Notes: a model not told the origin generated them from the sequence alone. DNA of 64,000 nt from an uncultured Acidobacteriota bacterium (GCA_963711765.1 CAVQFC010000004.1:835138-899137); one strand, 5' to 3'. Shown: positions 31,467 to 41,716, counted from the first letter of the stretch. Program-made: numbers and translations.

Positions 31467-33417
31467 TAGAATGTTCCGCTCACGACCGGCAGCGAAATGA
31501 AGCTCGCCGCATCCGGACCGTGATAAATCCGCTGCGTCGCCTTCACGTAGTCGGCCGGACGCGCGAAGAAGATGTTCGGCACGAAGGTCTGCGGATTGCG
31601 GTCGTAGAGCGGGAACCAGCTCGATTGCACCTGGATCATGATCCGGTGCCCCGGCTGGAACACGTGATTGACGGTCGGCAGGCCGAACGTATATCTGAGC
31701 GGTGTGTTCGGCGTGATTGCCTTCGCGCGTGTCGAAGCTTTCGCGATAGCGTCCGCGGAAAATGTCCATGGACACGCTCAGCTGATAGCCGCCCATCTCC
31801 GGCTGGCTCGGCACTTCGTCGGGATAGACGTCGATCACCTTGACCACCCAGTCGCTGTCGCTGCCGCTGGTGGACGCCATCAGGTTCACGATCGGCGCAC
31901 CCGCGATGTGAATGGGCTCCGTGAGCGGCGGCGTCACGTACGACAGCACGTCGGGTCGGTCGGCGACGAAGCGCTGATCGATCAGCAGCCAGCGCTGCCA
32001 CACCGATCCGTCGGCGAAACGTGCGGGCCGCGGAACGTAGCGGTACCGGCTTCGCCGGATCGGACACGTACTCGTCGAACGCCGGGCGGCCGTTCGTTCC
32101 GCTTTGCGCGGGTCTGTTGAACGACAGACCGAAGTCACCGGTCAGATAGAGCGGCTTCGACTTCGTGGCGCAGCCCTCGTCGCACGCCTGCGGCCACTGC
32201 TTGAACCGATCCCAGTGATTCTCGCCGGTGTTGTAGATGAAGACCGGCGGCGTGTCCGCTTTCGGTGCGCCGTCCTTCAGATACTGATCGAAGAACGGCT
32301 TCAGCACGTCGCGGCGGAATTCGAGCGCGGTGTCGCCGTTCCAGATGCAGAGGACCGAGCGTCGATCCGTCGTAGTTGACGCCGCTGTGCCGCCACGGAC
32401 CCATCACGAGGTAGTTCATGTCGTTCCGGCTGTCCTTCGGCTCGGTCGTCAGGTAGCTGTGGATGGCGCCCCACATGTCCTCCTGATCCCACAATCCCTG
32501 AATCCACATCGTCGGCACCTTGAGCGGCTGCTTGCCCATGATGTTGTCGAGCGCCTGCTCCGACCAGAACGTGTCGTACGACGGGATGCTCGGCCATCTT
32601 CCGCCAGAAGGGAAACTCGCGAGTCCGTTCGCGATGGCGAAGTCGCCGGCGGATCCGGCGCGGCGGAAATTGTCGTAGTCGTCGTAACCCTGGCGCACGA
32701 TCGCCGTTGCCGGCGCCTCGGGCCGTCGTCTGCTCGGAGATGTAGTCGAAGTTCGGCTGGCGGAAGGCGCCGTAGTGAAACCAGTCGTCGCCCATCCAGC
32801 CGTCCACCATCGGGCTCTTCCGGCGCCGCCACTTTCAGCGCCGGATGCGGATTGACCAGCGCCATCACCACGGTGAATCCTTCGTAGGAGCTGCCGAGCA
32901 TGCCGACCTTGCCGTTCGACTCGGGCACGTTTTTCACGAGCCAGTCGATGGTGTCGTAGGCATCGGTGGAGTGATCGACCGCGGTCGGATTCAGCGGACC
33001 GCGCAGCGGCCGCGTCATCACGTACTCACCCTCTGATCCGTATTTGCCGCGCACGTCCTGAAACACGCGAATGTAGCCGTCGCCCGTGAAGACTTCATCG
33101 CCCTGCGGCAGCGTCGCCAGCATGCGTGGCGATTCATTTCGGGTCGCGCGCTGCGCCGCGTTGTACGGCGTCCGCGTCAGGAGAATCGGCGCTTCTTTTG
33201 CGCCTTTTGGCACGACGATGACGGTGTAGAGCTTGACGCCATCGCGCATCGGCATCATGACGACGCGCTTGACGTAATCGGCATTGATGTCGGGCGGCGT
33301 GTACTTCGCGGGGATGTCGGGCGCGCTCGGCGGCGTTTGCGCCGCGGCAAACGAAGCGAAGGACAGAATCGCCGACGCGACGACTACCCGGAACACGCAA
33401 AGAAAAGATGCGCTCAT
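31466..33417 (-). pseudogene. CocE/NonD family hydrolase (X-Pro dipeptidyl-peptidase S15 type), five +1 frame breaks
   Basis: Signal peptide, LTRTPY and GSSYEGF nucleophile motif. Segments lie in ORFs 32449..33417, 32301..32810, 32135..32698, 31636..32307, the 32138 frame, and 31466..31663. The frame residues step 0-2-1-0-2-1. Confidence 0.8.
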
Positions 33418-33461
33418 CTGTCTACGCTAGCACACGGTATCTGCGCCTGTGATGCTGAGCG

Positions 33462-34211
33462 TCAACGATGGTGTCTCGGCAGCGCGAGCGAGTCGGCCAC
33501 GACCCAGGCGGCGCCCATGATCGCGAGGTTCGTGGCGTTCTCGGTCCAGATTCCATGATTGAAGGGGTCGCCGAGCAGCATCGGCCCGTGCACCAGCAGG
33601 GTAAAAATCGCGAGCATGACGGTCGTCAGAATCGCCGCGAGGCGCGCCTGTACGCCAGACAGAATCGCCAGGCCCGCCGCGATGAACGCAACTCCGGTCG
33701 CATACCCCCAGAACAACTGCGTCGGCGGCAGCCACCTGGGAACCAGCGGCGCGGTGAGGTTCATGTAGAAGAAATGCGCTCCGCCGAACAGCAGTGCGCA
33801 AACCCCGAACGCCAGTTGTCCAGCTCTTGTGAGTCGTTCGACGAGGTTCGCTTCGATCCGGGCGCTATTGGCGTAGACGATCAGCCCGGCCGCCGCGATC
33901 GAGAGTTGCTCGGCGGCGTTGCTGTAAGCAATGAACTCGCGGTAATGCGCGAGCGCGACGCGCCCGTCCATCAGGATGACGACAAGCAGCGTGTAGTAAG
34001 CGGTGAGCGTCGCGGCGCCCAGGGCCGTCGTGCGACGCCACACGATGGCCACGCCTGCCACGAGCATGAATATGCCCGCGGCATGGGCCAGCGCGGTCCG
34101 CGCGGGTAAGCCCTTGGGTACAGGCTGCCCGGGAAGAAAATCTCCCAGCGCCAGGCAGACCACAGCCAATGCCATGATGCCCAGGCCGTAGACGCGCCAG
34201 CCGAAGGCCAT
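33462..34211 (-). CDS. Integral membrane protein, family not recognised
   Basis: 249 aa from the internal ATG (MAFGWRVYGLGIMALAVV..), with about 7-8 hydrophobic helices. The upstream part of the 352-aa ORF is Arg-rich and non-protein-like. Confidence 0.5.
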   Translation of the reverse strand: MAFGWRVYGLGIMALAVVCLALGDFLPGQPVPKGLPARTALAHAAGIFMLVAGVAIVWRRTTALGAATLTAYYTLLVVILMDGRVALAHYREFIAYSNAAEQLSIAAAGLIVYANSARIEANLVERLTRAGQLAFGVCALLFGGAHFFYMNLTAPLVPRWLPPTQLFWGYATGVAFIAAGLAILSGVQARLAAILTTVMLAIFTLLVHGPMLLGDPFNHGIWTENATNLAIMGAAWVVADSLALPRHHR

Positions 34212-34243
34212 CCTCGTTTCACCGTCGTGCCAGTCAGGAAAGG

Positions 34244-34822
34244 TCACGCGCGTTTCCTTGCCAGATAGTAGGTGTTTCCACCGCGGTCGGCGTGCACATT
34301 CTCCAGCGTGAAGCAGTGGTCGCCGAGGACGCGTCGATAGTTGTCGACGCTGAACGAAAAATAGCGGAACACCACGCCGTCCATCGTGCCTTCGATCGGC
34401 TCGGGACCTTCGGCGTCGCCGGCGGTGAAGAGGAACGGCGCCCCGACCCTGAGGACCCGCGACACGCTCGCGATCGCCCGGATCTGTTCCGTCTGATCGA
34501 TGTGGAACATGACGCCCCACGCGACCGCAGCATCGAAGCAGCTGTCGGCGAATGCACAGTCCTGGACGCGGCCGCGAATGACGGGTGTGTCTGGCAGGTT
34601 GACGCGAAACCGCCCCAACATCTTCGCCGAACTATCGAGCCCGATGACGTGATGGCCGGCGGCGAGGAGGGTCCGGGTGATCGGATTGCCGTTGCCACAG
34701 CCGACGTCGAGAATGCGTGCGCCGACGTGAAGGGACGCGGCGAGCGCCGCCACTTCCGGAACCCCTGTCAGGTGTGTGCGATCCGAGGCGTACCACTCTG
34801 CGATGAGATCGTATTCGTGCAC
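34244..34822 (-). CDS. Class I SAM-dependent methyltransferase
   Basis: 192-aa ORF with ILDVGCGNGNP and GLDSSAKML motifs. Confidence 0.75.
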   Translation of the reverse strand: MHEYDLIAEWYASDRTHLTGVPEVAALAASLHVGARILDVGCGNGNPITRTLLAAGHHVIGLDSSAKMLGRFRVNLPDTPVIRGRVQDCAFADSCFDAAVAWGVMFHIDQTEQIRAIASVSRVLRVGAPFLFTAGDAEGPEPIEGTMDGVVFRYFSFSVDNYRRVLGDHCFTLENVHADRGGNTYYLARKRA

Positions 34823-34907
34823 GCTCGCCGTGCTCCCCCGGGGAGTCTACATCGGCGCAGCGAACCTTGATGGTGGCGTGAGCCCGACTTTGGGCGGGAC
34901 TGCTGCG

Positions 34908-35060
34908 TCAGGCCGCCCGTGACTGTGTGAGCGGGCCCGGAAAGCGAATGTGGCAGCGCGTGCAGACGAACCAGCGCGCGCATGCGGTGCACTCGGATTG
35001 CTCTTCTGCGGAATCGCCGCGGCGGCAGTTGGGGCACTGGGGAGTGGGTGGGGTGTTCAT
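34908..35060 (-). CDS. Small zinc-ribbon protein (50 aa), below the ORF-track size cutoff
   Basis: Own translation: MNTPPTPQCPNCRRGDSAEEQSECTACARWFVCTRCHIRFPGPLTQSRAA, with three CxxC pairs. GAGAGGCGAGAGG lies upstream of the ATG, which is 21 nt after the upstream ORF's stop. Confidence 0.45.
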   Translation of the reverse strand: MNTPPTPQCPNCRRGDSAEEQSECTACARWFVCTRCHIRFPGPLTQSRAA

Positions 35061-35081
35061 GGTGCGTCCTCTCGCCTCTCT

Positions 35082-35396
35082 CTAAGCGACCGACTCTTCG
35101 ACATGGCATTCGATCTGCTGCCAGCCATCAGCCAACAGAACTGTCTGGTGGGAATGACATTGTGCGAGCGCGGTGTCGGCGGTTGCGCACGGCTTGCCTA
35201 GGTAGACGAGACCAGCCGAGCTCAGTTGGATCGCGAAGCCGTGCGGGCCCGAGTGAAGGCGGCACTCGGTTTCGACCCCATCTTTGGTGACGCACCACAG
35301 CCGCTCGTCGCGTCGTTGATCATTTCGCACGCCGATTGTTGTGCAGTTCTCGGGCCAACGCCGTTCGCGGCGGCGCCGTGAATTCGGTGCGCGCAA
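35082..35396 (-). CDS. Hypothetical protein (82-104 aa)
   Basis: ORF-track entry. The C-terminal two-thirds looks protein-like (LWCVTKDGVETECRLHSGPHGFAIQLSSAGLVYLGKP). The likely start is the internal GTG at 35330. No family recognised. Confidence 0.35.
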   Translation of the reverse strand: MRAPNSRRRRERRWPENCTTIGVRNDQRRDERLWCVTKDGVETECRLHSGPHGFAIQLSSAGLVYLGKPCATADTALAQCHSHQTVLLADGWQQIECHVEESVA

Positions 35397-35604
35397 ATTC
35401 GGAGGACTGTCGTGTCGCGAGGATCCAAAGCGCAGCGATTCAAGTCAGGGGCGACATGGATTCGCCTGCGGCCATTTCAACGTCCATGACCGGTCCAACA
35501 ACGGTCTCAACTTGTGGAGTGAAAAGCTACGCGCGGTCTGACGACTACGCCTCTTTTACACACCGAAACACGAATCTTGCACAGCTCGTCAGCAAGAGGG
35601 GCCG

Positions 35605-35781
35605 ATGATCAGGCTGCTACTCGAGGGTTTCGGCGTCTGGTTGCTGGTTTCGACGGTCCTGGGCCTGCTGCTCGGTCAGCTCATGAGCGACCGTAGTCAC
35701 TCTGTCATCGAATCGGGCCTCGGTGGGTTCGAGAGCCGGGGATTCGATCGGGGCGCGACCGCGGCTCGAGCGGCTTCCTAG
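35605..35781 (+). CDS. Small hypothetical membrane protein (58 aa)
   Basis: Own translation: MIRLLLEGFGVWLLVSTVLGLLLGQLMSDRSH.. . AAGAGGGG lies 3 nt before the ATG, and there is one TM helix. Confidence 0.35.
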   Translation: MIRLLLEGFGVWLLVSTVLGLLLGQLMSDRSHSVIESGLGGFESRGFDRGATAARAAS

Positions 35782-35900
35782 TGTCCCGCCGGCATCCCTG
35801 CCGGTGATGTGCCAGCGTCAGCCGACTGCGATCCCGCCGCTTCTTTGTCGGTAGTGTCCGACTTCAGCCGGACCACTCGCGAGATACCGCCTCCAGACCC

Positions 35901-36506
35901 TCATCGGATCTCCACCTCCAGAAAACCCAAACCGCGCAGGAACGACGTCAGCGTGGTGCGAGCGTTCTCGGTCGCGGTCTTCAGAATCCCGTTGTCGAGC
36001 GCCGCCTGCCGAATCTGACGCTCCGCCTCGCGCCGCACCTCGGATTCGAGGCTCGCGCTGACGTGCGTAAACAGACCGCTCTCTCGTGAATACACGCGCG
36101 TGCGTTCGTTGTCCACCCTCGCCGAGAACACTTGCGCGTCCGGCAGCTTCATTCGGACGGTCTGCCCGGTGACCGCCACTTCCGACGGACCGATTCCCGC
36201 GAGGTCGACGCCTGCAGTGACGTCGCCATACACAATCAGCAGGAGACGCTCGCCGGAAAGGAAAGTCGGGAGGTAGCGACTCTCCCAGCCGCCGGACACG
36301 ATCTTGTCCATGCTGAAGAACACGGTTTCAAGCCGCTGCAGCTGCTGGATCTGCCGGACGACGGTTGGCTGTGAGGCGTCGATGCGGACGGGCGAGCGCG
36401 GTGTGAGGAAGTGCCAGGCAAGGGTCGCGGCCAGCGCCGCGGTCAGAAATCCGAGCAGGAATCCGACCGTCGTGGACCCGCCAGTCGATCGAGCCTGCTG
36501 CATCAC
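35901..36506 (-). CDS. DUF4230 domain-containing protein
   Basis: 201-aa ORF with an N-terminal TM helix. The pattern VVRQIQQLQRLETVFFSMDKIV...LLLIVYGDVTAGVDL is typical of DUF4230 as I recall it. Confidence 0.7.
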   Translation of the reverse strand: MMQQARSTGGSTTVGFLLGFLTAALAATLAWHFLTPRSPVRIDASQPTVVRQIQQLQRLETVFFSMDKIVSGGWESRYLPTFLSGERLLLIVYGDVTAGVDLAGIGPSEVAVTGQTVRMKLPDAQVFSARVDNERTRVYSRESGLFTHVSASLESEVRREAERQIRQAALDNGILKTATENARTTLTSFLRGLGFLEVEIR

Positions 36507-36515
36507 ATGGCGGGA

Positions 36516-37124
36516 CTAGGTCTTCGGAAACTTCTTCGACACCAGATCCTTGACGGCGTCGCGAATGACCTGTTTCCGTTCGTCGTCGTTCTTGAGTTTC
36601 TCGATTTCGGTCTGGCTGATGCCGCGCCACACGACGCGGTTCAGTTTCGACGAGACCGCGTCGAGCACAATCGATCCGGTCTGGATGACGTTGAGCGACT
36701 GCGTCATCGGGGTGAACGGCGGAATGCCCCAGTCGGCGATCGGCGGCAGGAACTGTCCCATCGTCTGCGCCTCGAAGCCGACGGTGACCAGCACGTAGTA
36801 GTGCATCTTGAGCGGAGCCTCGGCGGGATCCACCTGGCTGAGGCCGCGCGCACCCAGTTCCTTGACCACGGACTCGACCACGGTCGGTCCGAAAATCGCG
36901 AGCAGGGCCTTGGGATCGTCCTGCGAGCTGCGCGCCATCTTCACGTCGCCGGGGCCGTCCGCCGCCCATGCCCAGCTGTGGATGCCTTTGAAATCGAAGT
37001 TCGGGTCGGCGTTACCGGTGCTCTTGATCTTGGAAGCCAGGAGCGGCGCGCCCATGAGGATGGCCGTGAGGGAGGTGGCGAGGACCAGTCGCGTCCCGTA
37101 TCGCATCCACATGTCAGCCATCAT
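36516..37124 (-). CDS. DUF4136-like lipoprotein/secreted protein
   Basis: Likely start at one of the Met codons 37124-37106 (MRYGTRLVLATSLTAILMGAPLLASK signal). Contains DFKGIHSWAW and VWRGISQTEI patterns. Confidence 0.6.
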   Translation of the reverse strand: MMADMWMRYGTRLVLATSLTAILMGAPLLASKIKSTGNADPNFDFKGIHSWAWAADGPGDVKMARSSQDDPKALLAIFGPTVVESVVKELGARGLSQVDPAEAPLKMHYYVLVTVGFEAQTMGQFLPPIADWGIPPFTPMTQSLNVIQTGSIVLDAVSSKLNRVVWRGISQTEIEKLKNDDERKQVIRDAVKDLVSKKFPKT

Positions 37125-37200
37125 AGCAACAGGAGGGTCGGCAGCTAAGCACTTTCGGCGACAACCTGCCGCCCTGATGCATGGTGGTAAGATCAGCCGC

Positions 37201-37497
37201 ATGGGCGAACAATCGACGGCGCGGCCGGAAATGATCAGACGACTGGGACGACCCGACCAGATTCGCCCTCCCGCGACGCACAGCATGAGCGGGCGGGTGA
37301 CGAAGATCAACGCCGGACAGAGTCACGGGTTGATTCGCGCCGACGATCACCGCGAGGTCTTCTTTCATCGGAATGACTCGACCTTCGGCATCTTCAACTC
37401 GCTCACGGCGGGTGACGCCGTGACGTTCGAAGTGATCGAGGACCGGTGCAGCGGGCCTCGGGCCACCCACGTCCGGCTCGCGGCGCCTCGCAAGTAA
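37201..37497 (+). CDS. Divergent cold-shock-domain-like protein
   Basis: GRVTKINAGQSHGLIRADDHREVFFHRNDS..FNSLTAGDAVTFEVIEDRCSGPRATHVRL parallels the CspA layout (GxVKWFNxxKGFGFI..DVFVH...G..V.FE). The start (37201 or the Met at 37285) is uncertain. Confidence 0.5.
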   Translation: MGEQSTARPEMIRRLGRPDQIRPPATHSMSGRVTKINAGQSHGLIRADDHREVFFHRNDSTFGIFNSLTAGDAVTFEVIEDRCSGPRATHVRLAAPRK

Positions 37498-37527
37498 AGA
37501 GGCGCCGGGAAGGCTACTCGGGCAGGA

Positions 37528-37725
37528 CTATTCCGGCAGGATGATCGGATTCAGCTCCACCGGGATTCTGGCGACCAGTCCCTGAGCGACCTCGAGCTGC
37601 GCGGTGGTGATGACCTTGTGCGCGCGCTCGACACGCGGAATGCTGCCGCGCATCAGTTGCGCCGCACGCAATCCGGCGACCACGACGAACTCGAAAGGGT
37701 TTGTTCCGCTCGGGCGTTGAACCAC
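37528..37725 (-). CDS. rpoZ: DNA-directed RNA polymerase subunit omega
   Basis: 65-aa ORF. NPFEFVVVAGLRAAQLMRGS matches the RpoZ helix pattern. A perfect TATAAT (rc of 37804-37809) lies about 80 nt upstream. Confidence 0.75.
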   Translation of the reverse strand: MVQRPSGTNPFEFVVVAGLRAAQLMRGSIPRVERAHKVITTAQLEVAQGLVARIPVELNPIILPE

Positions 37726-37840
37726 TGAACCTTCTTTTCCTTGCGGCTTTGGTGAGGCTGGAGGCTGGAATAGCCGCAGGCTTCAGGAAAGCGGGGAACC
37801 GACATTATACCCCGGACGCCTGTACGGCCCGTGCGATCAG

Positions 37841-38575
37841 TTACTCGGTGAACCGGTATTTCAGCAGCACCATCAGCGCGACCACGCCGTCGCGCCAGGT
37901 GATCTTCTTGCCCTCGTCGTAGCCCCGGCCGTCGTAACTGATTGGCACTTCGTAGACGCGGTAATGGCGCTTGAAGATCTTGGCGGTGATCTCCGGCTCG
38001 ATGCCGAAGCCGTTCGAGTGCAGGGTCATCGACCGTAACACGTCGGTTCGCATCACCTTGTAGCAGGTTTCCATGTCGGTGAGCATGGTGTTGTAGAGGA
38101 CGTTGGTGATAAAGGTCAGGAGCCGGTTGCCCAGATAGTGGGTGAGCAGGAACACGCGGTGCGTGCCCAGGAACCGGGAGCCGAACACCACGTCGGCTCG
38201 TCCCGAGGTAATGAGCGAGGTCAGGAGCGGATACTCCTCCGGCGAGTATTCGAGATCGGCATCCTGGATGATCATCATGTCGCCGCTGACCGCGGCGAAG
38301 CCGCGGCGCAACGCCGAGCCTTTGCCTCCGTTTTTCGGCTGCTTGATCAGGGTGAACCCGAGTTCCTTCTGCAGTCTCTCGAGAATCTCGCTGGTCCCGT
38401 CGGTTGACACGTCGTCGACGACGATGAGCTCGATGCGCATCTTCACGGCGAGGACCCGGCGGATGATTTCGTCGATGGTGTCCCGTTCGTTGAACACGGG
38501 CATTACGACGGTGAGCAGCGGATCGGGCGGCACGAGCTGCGCCGCGCGCTGCAGCGCGGAAGGCGTGTGCGTCAT
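37841..38575 (-). CDS. Family 2 glycosyltransferase
   Basis: Start MTHTP at 38575 overlaps the upstream stop (ATGA). Motifs VVMPVFNE, VVDDVSTDGT, QDADLEY. Confidence 0.8.
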   Translation of the reverse strand: MTHTPSALQRAAQLVPPDPLLTVVMPVFNERDTIDEIIRRVLAVKMRIELIVVDDVSTDGTSEILERLQKELGFTLIKQPKNGGKGSALRRGFAAVSGDMMIIQDADLEYSPEEYPLLTSLITSGRADVVFGSRFLGTHRVFLLTHYLGNRLLTFITNVLYNTMLTDMETCYKVMRTDVLRSMTLHSNGFGIEPEITAKIFKRHYRVYEVPISYDGRGYDEGKKITWRDGVVALMVLLKYRFTE

Positions 38576-39381
38576 GCGGGTCGAATGCGGGCGCGGCCCA
38601 CCGCGACGACCGACAGGCCGATCGGCGGCGCGACGAAGCGTTCGATCGGCAGCGCCCACGGCGCGATCAGCCGGTCGAACAGGCGAACCTGACTCGGCGT
38701 GTGCTCGGTGTTTCCGCTGACGTACAGGTTGTAGATCCAGCCGAGGAGGCCGATCGGATTGCTGTACTTGATGGCGACGAGTTCGAGTCCGGCGCTGTCG
38801 AACGCTTTGGTGAGCGACGCCTTCGAATAACGGCGGTGGTGGCCCAGCGCGGCATCATGAGGCCCGTAAATCGCCTGGACCGCCGGCACCCAAATCAGCA
38901 CCTGACCGCCGGTGCCGGCGACCACGTCGCGAAACACCCTCAGGGCCCTGACGTCGTCTTCGATGTGCTCGAGCACGTTGACGCAGACCACGGTGTCGAA
39001 GCGGTTCGCCAGCTGCGAAGTATCCGATTCCTCGAGGTGCTCGACGCGGATGGTGACGCGCGGGTGGTCGCCGAGCGCGGCGCGCGCCTGGGCCGCGCAA
39101 TTCAGATTCGGTTCGATGCACACGACATCGTCAGCGGTCTCGATCAGCTGGCGCGTCATCGTGCCGATGCCGCACCCGACTTCGAGGACGTGTTTGCCGA
39201 CGTACGGCCGCAGCACGTCGTAAATGTGCTGCTGGTAGCGCACCGCCTCGCTCATCGTCTCGAGGTCGTCGGCGGCGTAGCGCTTCTGTGTCTGTGTGAA
39301 TCGGTGGTCGACGTTCATGCCAAAAGTGGAAGCAGTAAGACGGTACCATATGCTATCGTCCTTCCGCCAGAGTGATGACAA
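38572..39381 (-). CDS. Class I SAM-dependent methyltransferase
   Basis: VLEVGCGIGTMT and VNVLEHIEDD motifs. The true start may be Met22 at 39318, since 39381 would overlap the divergent ankyrin gene. Confidence 0.75.
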   Translation of the reverse strand: MSSLWRKDDSIWYRLTASTFGMNVDHRFTQTQKRYAADDLETMSEAVRYQQHIYDVLRPYVGKHVLEVGCGIGTMTRQLIETADDVVCIEPNLNCAAQARAALGDHPRVTIRVEHLEESDTSQLANRFDTVVCVNVLEHIEDDVRALRVFRDVVAGTGGQVLIWVPAVQAIYGPHDAALGHHRRYSKASLTKAFDSAGLELVAIKYSNPIGLLGWIYNLYVSGNTEHTPSQVRLFDRLIAPWALPIERFVAPPIGLSVVAVGRARIRPA

Positions 39382-40382
39382 GTGTGCTCAGCTGCGTCCT
39401 CGGGGCGCTGATGGCGCTCGCCCAGCCCACCCCGCTGTCGGAGGCCGTGCTCTACGGCCGGACGGCGGAGGTCACGACGCTGATCGCCGGCGGCGCTGAC
39501 GTCAACGAGAAGGATGAGACCGGCATGACGCCGCTGATGGTGGCGGCGGTGCAGGGTCAGACCGCCATTGCCAGGTCCCTCCTGGCGGCCGGCGCGCGCG
39601 TCGCGGACACCGACGAGGACGGCGCGACGGCGTTGATTCGCGCCGCCTCCGCCGACCGCGGCGACGTCGTGAAGCTGCTGATCGCGAGCGGCGCCGAGGT
39701 CAACGTCAAGAGCAGTGGCGGCATGACCGCACTCGCGGTGGCCGCGTATGGCGGCCATGCCGATGTCGTCCGCGTGCTGATCGCGAGCCATGCCGATCCC
39801 AACATCGCCGACAACCAGGGGCGCACGCCATTGATGGCAGCGGTCACCAACGGTGACCCCACCACCACCCAGGCGTTGTTGGCGGCGGGGGCGAATACCT
39901 CCGCCGCGGATGCCGGTGGCGGAGTCGCCCTGACCTACGCGTCCGCGGCTGGCGCCGCCGACGCGATCCAGGTGCTGCAGAAGCGAGGCGCCAAGGCAAC
40001 CGGCGGCGACCTGATTCTGGCCGCGACCGGCTGTCACACGGCCGCGGTGAAGGTGTTGCTCGCCGGTGGGCTCAGCGCCGGCGTCGACGTCAACGGCAGC
40101 GTGCCGCTCCTGGCGGCTGCCGGAGAAAACTGCGTCGAGACCGTCAGTCTCCTGCTCGATCGGGGCGCCGACGTCAACGCCAAAGACGGTGACGGCTGGA
40201 CCGCGCTCATCAAGGCCGCTTCGGCCAACATGACCGACCTCGCGCGCGTGCTGCTGACGCATGGCGCTGACATGGACATGCCCGACCGACTCGATCGCAC
40301 GGCGTCGATGTACGCGTCGATGAAGGATCACGAGGAGATGGCGGCGCTGTTTGCCGAGTTCAGGGCGAAGAAGAAGAAATGA
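39372..40382 (+). CDS. Secreted ankyrin-repeat protein
   Basis: 336-aa ORF with a signal-like N-terminus and about 9 ankyrin units (GxTALxxAAxxGHxxVVxxLLxxGADVN). Confidence 0.85.
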   Translation: MMTSVLSCVLGALMALAQPTPLSEAVLYGRTAEVTTLIAGGADVNEKDETGMTPLMVAAVQGQTAIARSLLAAGARVADTDEDGATALIRAASADRGDVVKLLIASGAEVNVKSSGGMTALAVAAYGGHADVVRVLIASHADPNIADNQGRTPLMAAVTNGDPTTTQALLAAGANTSAADAGGGVALTYASAAGAADAIQVLQKRGAKATGGDLILAATGCHTAAVKVLLAGGLSAGVDVNGSVPLLAAAGENCVETVSLLLDRGADVNAKDGDGWTALIKAASANMTDLARVLLTHGADMDMPDRLDRTASMYASMKDHEEMAALFAEFRAKKKK

Positions 40383-40389
40383 GGGTGCG

Positions 40390-40980
40390 ATGAAACTCGC
40401 GGCGTTAGCGGTGATCGTAGGAAGCATGACGTCGGTCGCCGGAGCCACGGCACATGCCGGTCTCTTGCAGGCGGCCCCCGCCAAAATCGTCGTCTCCAGT
40501 CCCACCTTGAAGATGGACGAGACGATGCCGCGCGAGTACACGCCGGACGGACGGAACGTGTCGCCGCCGCTGACGTGGACCGGCGCACCCGCCGCCACCA
40601 GAGAGTTCGCCGTCGTCTGCGAGGATCCCGACGCCGGAAACCCGCCGCCGTTCGTGCACTGGGTCATCTACCGGATTCCCTCGTCCGCGAAAGGCGTTCC
40701 CGAAGGCGTGCCGATCGATCCGGAAGCGCCGATGCCGGCGGAAATCACCGGCGCGGTCCAGGGCGTGTCCGGTTTTCGCCGCGCGATCTACCGCGGACCG
40801 GCGCCCCCTCCAGGCAAGCCGCATCACTATCACTTCATCGTCTACGCCATCGACGCGACGCTCAATCTGAAACCGGGCCTGAATCGCGCCGAGCTGCTCG
40901 ACGCAATCAAGGGGCACGTCATCGGACAGGGCGAGCTGGTTGCCATCTACGAACGCAAGGCGCCGGGAGCGGAGGATTGA
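40390..40980 (+). CDS. YbhB/YbcL family Raf-kinase-inhibitor-like (PEBP) protein
   Basis: Signal peptide from the ATG at 40390. Motifs SPPLTW, DPDAG, FVHWVIY, PPPGKPHHYHFIVYAID. Confidence 0.85.
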   Translation: MKLAALAVIVGSMTSVAGATAHAGLLQAAPAKIVVSSPTLKMDETMPREYTPDGRNVSPPLTWTGAPAATREFAVVCEDPDAGNPPPFVHWVIYRIPSSAKGVPEGVPIDPEAPMPAEITGAVQGVSGFRRAIYRGPAPPPGKPHHYHFIVYAIDATLNLKPGLNRAELLDAIKGHVIGQGELVAIYERKAPGAED

Positions 40981-40981
40981 A

Positions 40982-41716
40982 ATGACGTTTATCTCTCGTC
41001 GAGAACTGTTGAAGCGCGCGGCAGTCGTTGGCACTGCAGCCGCGGTTCCTCTTGACGTAGCGCGGGGCTTTGAGCCGAGCGCTACGACGCCGTCCCACGA
41101 CGAACGCTCGGCTGAAGCGGTCGCGCCACACGATCACGACATGGCCGCCGCGCGCGAGCCGCTCGAGAGCCTGACCGCTTCTGAAGCGGATCTGCTCGAC
41201 GCGATCGTCGCGCGACTGATTCCGACCGACGCCAACGGGCCTGGCGCGACCGAAGCGCGGGCGGTTCACTACATCGATCGAGCGCTTGGCGGCGCCCTTG
41301 CTTCGTCGCGGCAGGCGTACACCGCAGGCCTGGCAGCGCTGGATCGATACGCGCGATCGTCACGCGGTAAGCCGTTCCTCGAATTGACGCACACCGATCA
41401 GGATTCGGTGCTCATCGACGTCGAAACCGGTGCGGCCACCGGTTTTACTGGAAGTTCGGCGGCATTCTTTGCGCTGATGCTGAACCACACCCATCAGGGC
41501 ACCTTCGGCGATCCGTACTACGGCGGCAATGCCAACTTCATCGGCTGGGACATGATTCGCTATCCCGGCATCCGGACGATGGTGACCGCTGCCGATCAGA
41601 AGAGCCTTGAAGGAAACGCCCTGAAGTCGAATCACAAATCGGCGTACGACTACACCTCGTTCACCAAGGCGACCGCCCGCGTCGAACCGCACGAGGGGAT
41701 CAAACATGGCGACTAG
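40982..41716 (+). CDS. Gluconate 2-dehydrogenase subunit 3 family protein (Tat signal)
   Basis: MTFISRRELLKRAAVVG twin-arginine signal. Located directly upstream of, and overlapping, the GMC flavoprotein gene. Confidence 0.7.
   Translation: MTFISRRELLKRAAVVGTAAAVPLDVARGFEPSATTPSHDERSAEAVAPHDHDMAAAREPLESLTASEADLLDAIVARLIPTDANGPGATEARAVHYIDRALGGALASSRQAYTAGLAALDRYARSSRGKPFLELTHTDQDSVLIDVETGAATGFTGSSAAFFALMLNHTHQGTFGDPYYGGNANFIGWDMIRYPGIRTMVTAADQKSLEGNALKSNHKSAYDYTSFTKATARVEPHEGIKHGD

Noticed and set aside
34768-35109. 113-aa minus-strand ORF overlapping the zinc-ribbon mini-ORF.
   Set aside because: It is Arg/Pro/His-rich low-complexity translation. The alternative frame gives a coherent triple-CxxC zinc ribbon with an SD-like tract.
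37804-37809. Perfect TATAAT upstream of rpoZ as a defined promoter.
   Set aside because: There is no acceptable -35 hexamer at 16-18 nt spacing. It is noted only in the rpoZ evidence rather than as a separate feature.
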